Shown: piece by piece, positions 1-44,489 of the stretch
Layout: every line of letters begins with the position of its first letter
How positions within the stretch are numbered: the stretch's first letter is position 1
Source: Eledone cirrhosa
Taxonomy: Eukaryota
Length of the DNA: 64,000 nucleotides
Direction of reading: 5' to 3'
NCBI GenBank assembly: GCA_964016885.1
Contig: OZ024765.1
Location: 6,324,001 to 6,388,000 of the forward strand
Made by a program: the position numbers and the translations under genes
Notes under the pieces: generated by a model
What the model saw: only the letters and a program-made list of their open reading frames with translations
Database searches by the model: none
What the model was told of the DNA's origin: nothing

Positions 1-390
1 ATTAACTTTGCCTTTCATCCTTACGGGGTCGATAAAATAAAGTACCAGTAATGCACTGGGATAATAGCTGGCCTTGTGCCAAAAGTAGGAACGATTATTA
101 ATTTTATTTTTAAATGTACTTTTTATCACATAAAATTTTGTGAGGAGTGAGCAAACTTTCATTCTGAAAATGTGGCCCAGAGAAAAATAGTTTGGGAACC
201 ACTGGTCTAACCCATGCTAACGTGGAAAATGGACATTAAACGATGATGATGGTAATGATGATGATGATGATGATGATGGTGATGATGATGCTGATGATGA
301 GAACCATTACAAGATTGTATTAAGTTAAGCTGCTTCTCCAAACAAATTATTCCTGATATATAATTGTCTGATAGAAAATCTTCTTAACAG

Positions 391-9652
<9,262 letters not shown>

Positions 9653-10141
9653 AGCAACTATTCATTACAACCAAAACACACGCAGACACACACACACACA
9701 CACAGAGACAGGCACACACACACACACACACACAGAAAGATAGACAGACACACACACACATACACACAGAGACAGACAGACACACACACACACACACACA
9801 AAGACAGACAGACACACACGCACAGACACACACACAAAGACAGACAGACACACACACACACACACACACAAAGACAGACAGACACACACACACACACACA
9901 CACACAAAGACAGACAGACACACACACACACACACACACAAAGACAGACACACACACACACACAGACAGACACACACACCCATGCACATAGACACACACA
10001 CACACAGACGCACAGAGACACATACACACACACACAGACACACACACACATACTTTTCTTCTCTTTTTACCTCCCTCTCTCCTTCCTTTCTGTACCCTCT
10101 TTCTTCTTCCCTCCCTCCTTCCTTTTCTTCTTCATACATAT

Positions 10142-10174
<33 letters not shown>

Positions 10175-10280
10175 CACACACATATATACACACACACAAT
10201 CACATATATATATACACACACACACATATATATATGTAATAGTAATATACATGAATGGCACAACTGAACACGACTAAAGC

Positions 10281-11260
10281 ACCCAGTCGACTCTGTAAAG
10301 TGGTCGTGTAGGTGTCACAACAAAAAGTACCCAGCCCACTCTGTAAAGTGGTCATGTAGGTGACACAACAAAAAGTACCCAGCCCACTCTGTAAAGTCGT
10401 TGTGTAGGTGTCACAACAAAAAGTACCCAGCCCACTCTGTAAAGTCGTTGTGTAGGTGTCACAACAAAAAGTACCCAGTCCACTCTGTAAAGTCGTTGTG
10501 TAGGTGACACAACAAAAAGTACCCAGCCCACTCTGTAAAGTGGTCATGTAGGTGACACAACAAAAAGTACCCAGCCCACTCTGTAAAGTCGTTGTGTAGG
10601 TGTCACAACAAAAAGTACCCAGACCACTCTGTAAAGTGGTCATGTAGGTGACACAACAAAAAGTACCCAGCCCACTCTGTAAAGTGGTCATGTAGGTGAC
10701 ACAACAAAAAGTACCCAGCCCACTCTGTAAAGTCGTTGTGTAGGTGTCACAACAAAAAGTACCCAGCCCACTCTGTAAAGTCGTTGTGTAGGTGTCACAA
10801 CAAAAAGTACCCAGCCCACTCTGTAAAGTGGTCATGTAGGTGACACAACAAAAAGTACCCAGCCCACTCTGTAAAGTCGTTGTGTAGGTGTCACAACAAA
10901 AAGTACCCAGCCCACTCTGTAAAGTCGTTGTGTAGGTGTCACAACAAAAAGTACCCAGCCCACTCTGTAAAGTCGTTGTGTAGGTGTCACAACAAAAAGT
11001 ACCCAGTCCACTCTGTAAAGTGGTCATGTAGGTGTCATGACAAAAAGTACCCAGCCCACTCTGTAAAGTGGTCATGTAGGTGTCACAACAAAAAGTACCC
11101 AGCCCACTCTGTAAAGTGGTTGTGTAGGTGACACAACAAAAAGTACCCAGCCCACTCTGTAAAGTCGTTTTGTAGGTGTCACAACAAAAAGTACCCAGCC
11201 CACTCTGTAAAGTCGTTGTGTAGGTGTCACAACAAAAAGTACCCAGCCCACTCTGTAAAT
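10281..11260 (+). repeat. 48-bp minisatellite (~20 copies) inside a SINE-related element
   Basis: Unit acccagcccactctgtaaagtcgttgtgtaggtgtcacaacaaaaagt, followed by the SINE 3' tail to 11420. Related arrays at 11983-12320, 42330-42740 and 50260-51000. Confidence 0.95.
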
Positions 11261-11542
11261 GTGGTTAGTGTTAGGAAAGGCATCCAGCTGTAAAAATCTA
11301 GCCAGAAACAGTCCTGTATGAGCAAGGCACTGTCACCTGACCCAACTTGCCTCTAATGGGACAACCAGTCTAACCCATGCTAGCATGGAAAGTAGACATT
11401 GAATGATGATGATGATCACGATGATACATATATACACATAAACACAAACATATGTATTTATTTCCATTAAATATTGCTTTAATGTCCTTCTATACTTGTG
11501 AACATAATATTATAACAAAAGAGTGAAATCACTGATATGTAT

Positions 11543-32831
<21,289 letters not shown>

Positions 32832-33563
32832 TATTCCCAGAGATGTCAGAATTTCAAGATGTTTATATACAGCAACTTATTTCTCCCAGGTTCTTTCTTC
32901 CTCTGCTTTTCTTCTATTTCAACAACATCTGAAAATATATTACAAAAATGTAGTTGAGATTGTATTGCTCAGGGAATGCTGCCCATACCTTTCGTTGGCT
33001 AAAGTAAAGATTTCCTTCAGTCATGAATGCCCATGGGATTTCAACTAGAAAGTTCCTCTCCGAGGCACAATTCTGAGCATGGTGTGTTTGTGGAAGACCA
33101 GCAGTCACCCATGTGTACCAGTCTCACTTCTCCATGCCCCAGATGTTGTCCAAGGGACAACTTGGCATCAGTGATGTCACAAATCATATATACACATGAT
33201 ATAGAGTATATATAAATTATATGTACACTATATATACATTATATACACACTATGTACAGTATACATACACTATATATACATCATATACATATTATGTATA
33301 GTGTATATATATATATACACTATATAAGATGTCTATGGGAAAGGCAAAGGCTGATACAGCTTGGCACCAGAATCATCACAACTCATTTCTACAACATATA
33401 TACATTGTATACACACTATTATAGTATAATTACACTAATATATATATATATATACATATATATACATATGTATTACTTGTTCCTATTACCCACTCTACTA
33501 CCCTAAGTATTGAGTACTTTGGTGCGCTATGGTCCACCTGGTTCCTTACCACATTTCCTTCGT

Positions 33564-33595
<32 letters not shown>

Positions 33596-33767
33596 GACGA
33601 TCCTAGCTTCGACCTGGTATCGTTTATTTCAATATAATATAATCATATGATTTCATGATTTAGAGGTTATTTATTTTGAAGTGTTCCCCAACAAACCATT
33701 CCAAGCTCTATATTATTTGTGTGCGTGTGTTTCTGTAACTTAAATATCAAATACGGGGTGGGGGGTA

Positions 33768-34275
33768 TGACTGACTGACCGCTTCCTCTCTGTACCGGTC
33801 TCTGGTGTCCTTCGTCTCCACATTACCAGAGAAGAGAGGAAGATAGTCAAATACCGAGACCTGGCTGACAGTTTCCTCTTTGTACCGGTCACTGTCGAGA
33901 CCTTTGGTGTCCTTGGCCCTCGCATTACCACAGAGGAGAGGAAAACAATCAAATACCGGCGCCTGACCGACCGCTTCCTCGTTGTACCGGTCTCTGTTGA
34001 GAGCTCTGGTGCCTTTGGTATCCATATTACCGCAGAAGAAAGGAGGATAGTCAAATACCAGCATCTCATGGACCGCTTCCTCTTTGTACTGGTATCAGGC
34101 GAGACCTCTAGTGTCCTTGGTCCCAACACTGCCGATTTCCTCCATAAAAATCGAAAGACAGCGGCCGGCTTGAGGAAGGAAGCCCCTTGAAGTGGATGTA
34201 GCTGTTGCGGCGGGTGTCTCTGGCCATTCTCCGATGTAGTGTCTTTGCCATTTTGTCCGTGGAGCGCAGCTGAGG
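33768..34275 (+). mobile_element. Diverged CRE-like non-LTR 3' remnant with ~100-bp internal repeats
   Basis: Motif EERKIVKYRDLADSFLFVPVTVETFGVLGP repeated about 3-4 times. Confidence 0.55.
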
Positions 34276-34721
34276 CACCGCTCAGACTGGAGTGTGGCGT
34301 CTGTCCCTCATCCTCTCCCTTTCTTTCGTTTCTTGATACTTTTTTTTTTGTTCTGACTTTTCTGTTCCCTTTAATAGTTTTTATTAGATACTGTTGAGGG
34401 AAAAAAATCGCTGACAGATTTTACGGGCAAAACCAACCGGTAAGAGACCCTGGGGGTAGACACCGGGCAAGACTGCTCAGTTTACATAACGTCAATAGAT
34501 TTTCATGACTTTGAGAGATTTTCTACATAAAACAATCAAGTAGTGTTTCTATTTCTCAAACTACGCTTCCATTAAATAAACAATTTAGACATTTTTCTTC
34601 TTTAAAATATATAATTATAAAGCTAAGGTATTTTAAAATATATAATGATAAAGCTAAGGTATTTTAAAATATATAATGATAAAGCTAAGGTATTTTTAAA
34701 AGTTTATTGTTGGAGACTTAC

Positions 34722-34850
34722 TTCGTGTAACACCGGTTCAGCATAGAACAAAATTTACTTTTTTATCCCTGTTCAATTTCAATTACTCCTTCGATGTTAG
34801 ATGTCTTCGTTTGTAGATCTGTATTCAATATACGTTCATCTTTTTTAAAA
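34722..34850 (-). other. Probable 5'UTR exon of DNAJC28
   Basis: Strong donor AA|gtaagt at 34721 in unique sequence about 0.8 kb upstream of the SNF8 ATG. The 5' boundary is approximate. Confidence 0.4.
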
Positions 34851-35137
34851 ATTATTTTTCATAGATTCAGTAAAATAAAAAGATAAAGTAATCGATAGAA
34901 ACAGCTTTAGACATTTTTGCGAAAATAATGATATTGTTTGAACATTTTCCTTTCACTGTTTCGTTTTTCTTTTCACCACATCATTCCAGTTTTTGTTACA
35001 ACCTCCCCCCTTCCTACATCAGTAGGGTGGGGTGAAGTGCTAGAGTTATTAGTGCGCTGGACTAAATGCTTTGCAGCATTTAGTTACGGCCCTTTACATC
35101 ATTGTGTTTGTTCACTTATACATACAAACATACGCAG

Positions 35138-35180
<43 letters not shown>

Positions 35181-35653
35181 TACATATATACAAACATACG
35201 CACAGATATATATATACAGACACATACATATATATACATACACATATAAATATATACAGACACATATATGCACACACATATATATATAGAGACATACATA
35301 CGCACACACATATATATATATGTATACACATATATATACAGACACATATACATATATATATATAGAGATACATATATAAATATATACAGACACATACATA
35401 CATATATATACAAACACACACACACACAAATATCTATATTTACACATACATACATATTACTAAAGAGGAGACAACTCTAATATTTTTTAATTATTTCCCT
35501 TGAGAAGTGAAACTTTCCTGAAAGAAAAGTAAAGTAATCTTCATATCCACCATTGGTGGTATTTCTTTTTCCCGGTAAAAGATATTCCTTTTTGTTTTGA
35601 GCACAAATTCCCGTTTAAAACAGTTGCTATCCATATACACAGTCACCGAGGCC
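34850..35653. promoter_or_regulatory. Probable bidirectional promoter region DNAJC28/SNF8
   Basis: Divergent gene starts lie within about 1 kb; inferred from gene arrangement only. Confidence 0.45.
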
Positions 35654-35707
35654 ATGCATAGACGAGGCATCGGCGTAGCCGCCGTCAAGAACAAGAACTT
35701 GGCTCAA
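35654..35707 (+). CDS. SNF8: SNF8 exon 1
   Basis: gccATG, translation MHRRGIGVAAVKNKNLAQ, donor gtaaaa. Confidence 0.93.
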
Positions 35708-38700
35708 GTAAAATTCTTTTGTTTATTGTTGTCCGTTTTACTTATGTCTGAATTATTTTAATATAACTGTAATTGTATAATTATATATATATATACATAC
35801 ATACATACGCACAGAGTGTCCCCCCCAAAATATATACACACTTCAACAGCATTCTAATATATATTGCCTGTACAAGTAATCAAAGTGTGTATGCATTTTT
35901 TTTGGACACCCCGTATATATATATGAAGGAATCGGGACCCCGACGGTTGAGCTCCTGTCGTTTCAACAGCTAGATCCAAACGTGCGGATCTAGCTGTTGA
36001 AACGGCAAGAGCTCAACCGTCGGGGTCCCGAATCATTCATATTACCCACTCTACTACCCCAAGTATCGGGGACTTTGATGAGTAATGGTCTAACTAGTTT
36101 TTACTGCACCCATTCTGATTTATATATACAGTTCTGTACGAGCGAGACACGGTCTCCCGACCAATCCCGCATCAAATGGAACAAAACCGTCTAACCCATG
36201 CTAGCATGGAAGATGGACGTTAAATGATGATGATACATACATACATGGTGTTCCCAAAAAATGTATACACACTTTGATTACCTGTACAGGCAGTATTTAT
36301 TAGAATGCTGTTGAAGGAAGTGTATATACATTTATATAAATTTATATAGTTCCTGTATGAGCAAGGCATGGTCAGCCGACCAGACACTGCCCACAACAGG
36401 ACAACCCGTCTAACCCATGCTAGCGTGGAAGAACGGACGTAAAACGGTGATGATGATGATGATGCATGTGTGTATATATGGCAGAGTCGTGGGAACGTCT
36501 GATAGAATGCTAAACGGTATTTGTTACGGTTCTCTACTCAAATCCGAACATTACCTGTAATCCTTACATGCACGCACATAGATAAACACGAACACATATA
36601 CACACCAGACCTGTCAACTCTCCCCGTCCGACAGGGAGATCACCCACCCCAAAGTGGAGTGGGTTAGAGATGTCTTCTCTTGTGGAAAAAAGGTTTAGCT
36701 TTCTTTATGTAAAATCTCCCCATGTTGCCCCCGTTTCTCTCCGTTTCGGGGCACTTATTGTTCATGGTACATACACACAAAAAACATACATGTACACATA
36801 CTGGAGTCAGTTCTTTCTCTGGAAGAAATCTGTCGTATTCAGACCTGGAGAGAAGATCGGTTCCTCCAGGTTTAAAAAAATGCCCTAGGAATGCTGTATG
36901 CCAATATGGCGCCCACAACTGAAAATGAATACCAGCATGAGCTGGGGATTTAACCCTGCGATGGATTGGCGTCCTGTTCAGGGGAGAGTCTTGTATTCTC
37001 AGTCCCTTAATGCCATAGAAACCAGGATAAGCTCTGGCCTGATGAGTTACCGGGCTTGAGACAGACTTTAGATCAGAGGTAATCAAAGTGTGTGCTACTG
37101 CCCCCTGGGTGGGGGGGGGGGGGGCTGAGAAGGTCCAGTGGGCGGTAGGGATGGTATAATATTATATCAAACATCAAATGATACATATATATATAAATAG
37201 AGTCAAATAAAAAATACATTTATTTACACGTGGTATATATTATATTATTTATGATATATGAATTAACGATTTTATTTATTATATAATCATCATCATCATT
37301 TTTATCATCATCATTTTACGTCCGCTTTTCCCTGCTTGCAAGGGTGGGACGGGAACTGATTCTGGCTTGATTTCTACAGCTGGATGCCCTTCCTAACACC
37401 AACCTCATTTACAGTGAGTGCTGGGTGTTTTTTTGCCGTGGCACCTCCACGACCACTTTGCAGTGGAATGATAGGGACCCCAGTCCCTATCATCTCATTT
37501 CTACAGCTGAGTAAACTGGAACAATGTGAAATAAAGTCTCTTGCTCAAGGAAACAACACATCAGCCGGTCTATATATATTATTTACAATAAAAAATATAT
37601 ATTTATTTATTTATACATAGTATATATTATATTATTTATTATATATAAATTAACGATTTTATTATATATTATTTACAATTTGTGTGTAGGTAGATCTCTC
37701 TGGAAATAGGGTTGTGGGGTGGGTGATGGTTTGAGAACCTTTGATTTAGATTAAAACAAATAACTTAGTATCATTGAACGTGGGGCCATTTCAGGGTGGT
37801 TTTGTATCAAAAGGTATAAATGTGGTTCTGACTAACGAGGTTGTCTTTGTATTCCAGGCTCGTTACAAGGATAAAGGAAATGTTATCGCTGAGGACCAAC
37901 TGGCTCAGGTAAATATCTCTGTTTCTGTTTGTTTAACCCTTCCATTACTATACGAGTATTGACTGAAAAGTTCATATACTGACCAAGGTACTCTCATGGA
38001 ATGACCAAATGAGGTTTATTTTACAACATAATCCCTGGAAAGAAACAATGCAGTTATTAATAAGAAGTGTTGTAATTAATGCATGCAAGATTTCTGGGGT
38101 CCCTATCATTAAAACACCCAAGAAACCTCATATGAGATGTCACTTTGTACGTAGCCAGCTAAAACTAAATCTTGCTCGGGGGTCTACCCCAGAGTCTCCT
38201 ACCTGTTGGTTTTACCTGTTAAATCTGTCCAGCAATTCTTTCCTGAGACATTCTAACCACATGCCCATAGTATCAGAGCTGTGATCTCTCAATTTGGAGA
38301 AGTAGCAGCTCTACCTAGAGTGACTCTGATCTCCGAGTTACAATATCTCCAGCAATTCTTTCCTGAGACATTCTAACCACATGCCCATAGTATCAGAGCT
38401 GTGATCTCTCAATTTGGAGAAGTAGCAGCTCTACCTAGAGTGACTCTCTGATCTCCGAGTTACAATATCTCCAGCAATTCTTTCCTGAGACATTCTAACC
38501 ACATGTCCATAGTATCGGAGCTGTGATCTCTCAATTTGAAGTAGTGGCTCTACCTAGAGTGACTCTTTGATCTCCGAGTTACATACTTCATTGAGTATCG
38601 TTATTCCAAAAGGAGGAATCACATTTTGGCCTCGTGTATTACCAATCATATTCTTTTTTGAGTTGTAAATATTATAATTTTTGTATTATTTTTCTCAGAT

Positions 38701-39148
38701 GGCCAAACATATGGACATGTTTAAAATGAACCTGGAGGATTTTGCTAGCAAACACAAAGACCAAATTAAGAAAGATCCGGAATTCCGTGTCCAGTTTCAG
38801 AAGATGTGTGCCTCCATTGGTGTTGACCCACTTGCCTGTAATTATTTTATTATTTTATTATTTTTTATTCTTTTACTGGATTCAGTCATTAGATTGTGGC
38901 CATGCTGGGGCACGGCCTTCATGGGATTTAGTCTTGTATTATTTTTATTATATTATTTTTATTGTTTTTCAGCCAGTAAAGGTTTCTGGTCTGAAATGTT
39001 AGGAGTTGGTGACTTCTACTATGAATTGGCTGTGAAAATTGTTGAAGTATGTATGGCCACTAGTCACCGCAATGGGGGTAAGTTGAATACTGTATATCTG
39101 TATATATACATTGTACTATATATATACTTTACTGTATACACACTGTAC

Positions 39149-39182
<34 letters not shown>

Positions 39183-42100
39183 AATGGAATAGAATGAAAC
39201 AAAATTTCATTTCTCACTCTTACTTAAATGTAAACAAACAAACCGAGCATTATAATAAATGTTCGGTAAACCGATACGTGCATATATATATATGTGTGCA
39301 TGTATGTATATATATACATACTACTGTACGTCTGTATACATATATGTATGTTCGTATACATACATACATACATACATTTATATATATGTGCCAGGGAGGC
39401 ACATGGCTTAGTGGTTAGAGCATTGGCCTTGCAATCGAAAGGTTGTGAGTTCAATTCTCAGACCGGGTGATGCGTTGTTTCCTTGAGCAAGACACTTTAT
39501 TTCACATTGCTCCAGTTTACTCAGCTGTAGAAATGAGATGATAGGGACTGAGGTCCCTATCATTCCACTGCAAAGTGGTCGTGGAGGTATATATATACTG
39601 TATTATATACACACTGTATTATATACACACTGTACTATATACACACTATACTATATACACACTATACTATATACACACTATACTATATACACACTATACT
39701 ATATACACACTATACTATATACACACTATACTATATACACACTATACTATATACACACTATACTATATATACACTATACTATATACACACTATACTATAT
39801 ACACACTATACTATATACACCTTGTAGGTCTCATCGGTTTGGAGGAATTGAAAGACAAACTTGAGGGATCGAAGGGAAAAAATACACAGGAGATTAGTTA
39901 GTAAGTCGTACCTTATATACACCTGTCTGTCTGTCTCAGTATGTCCGTGTGTCAGTATGTATGCCTGTGTGTCTGTCTGTCTGAGTATGTCTGTGTGTGT
40001 GTCTGTCTGTCTGTGTCCTTGTGGTTTATATACCTCTGTCTGTGTATCTGTATGTCTGTCTGTCTATCTATCTGTCCTTTCTTTTTATCTCTCCTTCTAT
40101 CAGTCTATCGTTCTCTCTATCTACCTGTCTCTCTATCTACACCCCTCTACCTCTCTGTCTCTCTATCTACTCATATCTCTATCTACCTATCACTATCTAC
40201 CTGTCTGTCTCTCTACCTACGTATCTCTACCTGTCTGTCTTTTTACCTGCCTCTCTATCTACCTACCTGTCTGTCTATTTACCTGTATCTCTCTCTACCT
40301 CAGTGATGACCTTCTGTGTGCAATCAAAAAGCTAAAGACTCTTGGAAATGGCTTCACCCTTCTACCTATTGGAAAAACCTACCTCGTACAGTCAGTACCT
40401 GGTGAGCTTACCATGGACCACAGCACCGTATTACAACTGGCACAGGTAAAAAGAATCCTCACTAGTCTTCCTGAAATGATTGCTTTAACCCTTTAGTATT
40501 TACATTACTCTGTATATACTATTGTATTTTCACAGTAAATACTTTTGGAGACTTCTGGTGTCCTTGGCTCTAGGGCAACCTCCCTACTCAACGCCATAGG
40601 CACTGAGATGGCTAGCCATAGCAGTGGAGACTTCTGGTGTCCTTGGCCCTAGGGCAACCTCCCTATTCACCTCCATAGGCACTGAGATGGCTAGCCATAG
40701 CAGTGGAGACTTCTGGTGTCCTTGGCCCTAGGACAACCTCCCTATTCACCTCCATAGGCACTGAGCTGGCCAGCCACTGGTGTGAGCCACGCGAGTTGGA
40801 ATGGCTCTTCCGGCGCATTTCCCTTACCATCCTCCGGGGAAATGCCCTCTCCATCCTGTCCGCCGGGGCTGTTGGGAGGCCAACACATGGGACCCTATTT
40901 GCTCACAATACGGATTTATAGACAAAGTTATAAACTGTTGTAAATAAATAATTATTGTAGCTTGAAAAAAAAAAATTATTGCAAATAATATTGAGTCTAC
41001 GAGATTTTAATAGTATTTATTTTGAGTACAATACCTTAACATAAGTAAGAGCAGCTAGTTACGGCCAGTTTGAACAGAAAAAGGTGTTAGAATTCTGGCC
41101 AGATGTGGCCTGTTTAATAATCAAGAATTTAGAGAGATTTAGTGATATAACTAACATTCTTGTTATTATGGCAGTGTTTGGAACATAACTTAATAAAGGT
41201 TCTTACATAAAATTATGATGGAAGATTTTTACATAAATATAAACATTTTAACCCTTCCATTACCATATTTCTAATGAAATACATTGTCTATGGTTTTCAA
41301 ATGATTTTGAAAATAGCCAAGAATTTGGAAGGGTTTGGTAATGTAACTAACTTTGTCATTATTAACCCTTTAATATTTAAACCGGCCATGTCCAGACAAA
41401 ATTTCCTCACCTCTTTCTGTTCAAACTAGCTGTAACTTGCTACTCACACTGATGTTAAGGTATTGTTCTCAAAATAAATATTAAAATCTCATAGATTCGA
41501 TATTATGTGAGATAAAATCTTTACCGTGAAAATACAATAGTATATATAATGTAAATGGTAAAAGGTTAATAAAGGTTCTTACATAAAATTATGATGGAAG
41601 ATTTTTACATAAATATAAACCCATTAACCCTTTCATTACCATATTTCTAATGAAAGACATTGGCTATGGTTTTCAAAGAATTTGGAGTAATATAACAAAC
41701 TTCGTCAGTATTAAGTTTATAACACTATAAAATAATAAAGGGTGTTACATAAAATTATGATGGAAGGTTTTTAGATAAATATAAACTGTATAAAACAGTT
41801 TTGTATAACACAACCACCACCACTACAACAGCAACCACCACCTCCACCATTACTATCACTACCGCCATTACAACCACCAACTCCTCCACCACCATAACCA
41901 TCATCTCTGCCATCACCACAAGTATGTTAACTACCATCATCAACCTAATCTTGTTATTTCAGAAAAATGGTCATGTGACTATCACCATGGTATCAGAATC
42001 ACTGAGCTGGGAGAAAGAAAGAGCCATTAAGTCTTTGGTATGTATTAAACTGTTGTCCGTTATAACATTATTATTTTAACGTTATTATAACATTACTCTA

Positions 42101-43229
42101 ATATTGTATACTTGTCGCCTAGCTTCTTTCTTAGCTACTTGGTATCAGTCTCTGCTACCTCCATTTTTCCAGTCTTTCCTTGTCTTTAATGGTTATACCT
42201 ACTCTGCTGTTCCACCACCAGGTCTTCCCTCTGTCTGGCTGATGCTTTACTCCAACCATAAGTCTTGTCTCAGCCATCAACTACATACGGATATATATAT
42301 ATGTCAAGTTGTCATGATGGCAACACGGCAAAAAAAGCACCCAGCCCACACTGGAAAGTGGTTGTGTTGCTTTAATGACAAAAAGCACCCAGTCCACACT
42401 GTAAAGGGGTCATGTAGATGTCATGACAAAAAGCACCCAGTCCACACTGTAAAGTGATTGTGTAGGTGTCATGACAAAAAGCACCCAGTCCACACTGTAA
42501 AGTGGTTGTGTAGGTGTCATGACAAAAGCACCCAGTCCACACTGTAAAATGGTCATGTAGGTGTCACAACAAAAAGCACCCAGTCCACACTGGAAAGTGG
42601 TTGTGTTGCTTTCATGACAAAAAGCACCCAGTCCACACTGTAAAGTGGTTGTGTAGGTGTCATGACTAAAGCACCCAGTCCACACTGTAAAATGGTCATG
42701 TAGGTGTCACAACAAAAAGCACCCAGTCCACACTGTAAATGTGGTTGGCATTAGGAAGAGCATCCAGCTGTAGAAACCTAGTCAGAAACAGTCCTATATG
42801 AGCAAGACAGAGTCACCTGACCCAACTTGCCTCTAATGGGACAACCTGTCTAACCCATGCTAGCATGGAAAATGGACGTTAAATGATGATGATGATAATT
42901 GTTTCTACTTTTGGCACAAGGCCAGCAATTACCAAGTGCATTACTGGTACTTTATTTTATCGACCCCGTAAGGATGAAAGGCAAAGTTAACCTCGGCAGG
43001 ATTTGAACTCAGAATGGCAAGGTCCATAACTCTATGCGTCAAAGCATGGCGTCCCACCCTCTACCGATACTGCCAATCCACCGCCCTATGATGATGATGA
43101 TAATGATATATATCTCTCTCTCTATTCCAGGAGTACATGGTAAAAGAAGGTCTTGCCTGGGTTGATGATCAAGCACAAGATGAACGCCACTACTGGTTTC
43201 CCACTCTATACCCAGACACCTCTCTCTAG
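35654..43229 (+). CDS. SNF8: ESCRT-II subunit SNF8/VPS22/EAP30, spliced, 245 aa
   Basis: Eight GT-AG exons: 35654-35707, 37858-37908, 38699-38837, 38973-39077, 39828-39900, 40304-40445, 41963-42037, 43131-43229 (738 nt). Translation MHRRGIGVAAVKNKNLAQARYKDKG...[37 protein letters not shown]...QSVPGELTMDH...EGLAWVDDQ...YWFP matches the SNF8 family. Confidence 0.97.
35812..35913. mobile_element. Short Tc1/mariner-type MITE
   Basis: TIRs cagagtgtcc...ggacaccccg in TA context. Copies at 28816-28910, 21105-21182 and 36244-36330. Confidence 0.55.
37858..37908 (+). CDS. SNF8: SNF8 exon 2
   Basis: Acceptor ttccag, translation ARYKDKGNVIAEDQLAQ, donor gtaaat. Confidence 0.93.
38229..38582 (+). repeat. 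~120-bp tandem repeat, 3 copies
   Basis: ccagcaattctttcctgagacattctaacc... begins at 38229, 38349 and 38471. Confidence 0.9.
38699..38837 (+). CDS. SNF8: SNF8 exon 3
   Basis: Translation MAKHMDMFKMNLEDF...IGVDPLA, donor gtaatt in phase 1. Confidence 0.95.
38973..39077 (+). CDS. SNF8: SNF8 exon 4
   Basis: Translation [26 protein letters not shown]...HRNG, donor gtaagt. Confidence 0.95.
39828..39900 (+). CDS. SNF8: SNF8 exon 5
   Basis: Translation GLIGLEELKDKLEGSKGKNTQEIS, donor gtaagt in phase 2. Confidence 0.92.
40304..40445 (+). CDS. SNF8: SNF8 exon 6
   Basis: Translation DDLLCAIKKLKTLGNGF...QSVPGELTMDHSTVLQLAQ, donor gtaaaa. Confidence 0.95.
40545..40950 (+). mobile_element. CRE-like non-LTR 3' remnant
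   Basis: Encodes ETSGVLGPRTTSLF...EWLFRRISLTILRGNALSILS and shares its 3' tail with 3210-3300. Confidence 0.7.
41963..42037 (+). CDS. SNF8: SNF8 exon 7
   Basis: Translation KNGHVTITMVSESLSWEKERAIKSL, donor gtatgt. Confidence 0.93.
43131..43229 (+). CDS. SNF8: SNF8 exon 8 (stop)
   Basis: Translation EYMVKEGLAWVDDQAQDERHYWFPTLYPDTSL then TAG. Confidence 0.93.
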   Translation, partial: EYMVKEGLAWVDDQAQDERHYWFPTLYPDTSL

Positions 43230-43396
43230 CACCTCTCCCCCTCCCTCTCTCTCCCCCCCTCCTCTTATTTATATATCTTTCCTGCCCCCTTCTGTGTGTG
43301 TTCAGGATTTATGGATTTACATATATATATATATATATGTCTATATGTATGTATGTCTATATATATATGTATGTATGTCTATATATCTCTATCTAT

Positions 43397-43620
43397 CTAG
43401 GGCGGGTAAAATTCCCGAGATCCATGGACGAGTTCTCTCCAACGGTCTCTGTCCCTCATCATCGCTGCCATGTCCTGCGTCTCCAACAGACCAGTGTCTG
43501 TCCTTAGGGCATCAACATATGTTAACTTCGGTCTCCCTCTTCCAGTGTGTCCATGCAGGGGCTCCCACAGGAGCACTGAGGGCAGTGTCAACTCTCGATG
43601 TCGGTGAGCATGTCCAGCTA
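43397..43620 (-). mobile_element. RTE-clade LINE 3' fragment
   Basis: LLWEPLHGHTGRGRPKLTYVDALRTDTG...MRDRDRWRELV is a typical RT C-terminus. Confidence 0.7.
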
Positions 43621-43789
43621 ACCTCAGTCTCCTCTAATCAGGGGTGACCACAGCGAGTAAGGTACTCAATACATAGTAGAGTTAATACAATGTTTAACAT
43701 AGAAATGGCTTCTACAGGACTAGAACTGTTCTTCGAATGAAACAGTTCTAGTCCTGTAAAAGCCATTTCTATATTAAACATTGTATATA

Positions 43790-44385
43790 TATGGTGGCTG
43801 CCAACTCGTTTTCGAGTACGGCACTACTTTATATCCATGTAGGAGAACCCCTACCGATGTGCTGAACGAGTGTGACTTTTTAGTCCAGCCAGCGACTTGA
43901 AAACTCTGGTACAAACACTACACTTGTGACAATTATTGACACATAGTGCTGGTACCATGTGACGACAAGTGTAGAGAGATCTCCAGATATAAAGCAATGC
44001 CTGTGCCATGAAGCTTTTATAGTGAGCAAAGGCACTGCACAAAGCCAGTCCCACTCTCTTAACCAAGATGATATTTACCAAAAAGAAGAACAAGTCAACA
44101 TCATTGGATACCATCAGGGTTGCAGGTGTTATATCAGAGTTTTCCTTCTAGAATTCTGCCTTGACAAAGGCCAAGGGGTCATCTCTTCTGATGATTTTGG
44201 ATGGCCATTGACTCTTAAGAGCTCCTTTGCGCTTTGACAGGTTTTGTTTTTAGTCCTGCAGGATGTCCAAAGTCACCCTCCTCACCAAGAAACATTGGTG
44301 GGGTTGTCAGTTTAGTCGCCAACAACCCGACCATGAGACAGGTTGTACCGGGATACATGTTACCAGTAGCACCAACTGGTGACCT

Positions 44386-44388
<3 letters not shown>
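43790..44388 (-). mobile_element. Non-autonomous RTE-derived (bipartite) retroelement
   Basis: 5' part is shared with 60906-61123. The 3' part encodes a C2H2-like CSVCTRVFKSLAGLKSHTRSAH typical of RTE ORF ends. Flanked by (TA)n. Confidence 0.55.
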
Positions 44389-44425
<37 letters not shown>

Positions 44426-44489
44426 CATATATATTTGAATCATGAAGTGTCGTTGTCTGGCCATGACACTTGCCATGATATATCTCCTT

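Noticed and set aside
37096-37112. Second CTCF-like motif (cacccagggggcag on -)
   Set aside because: Two core mismatches and adjacent to a poly-G run; a chance match is plausible.
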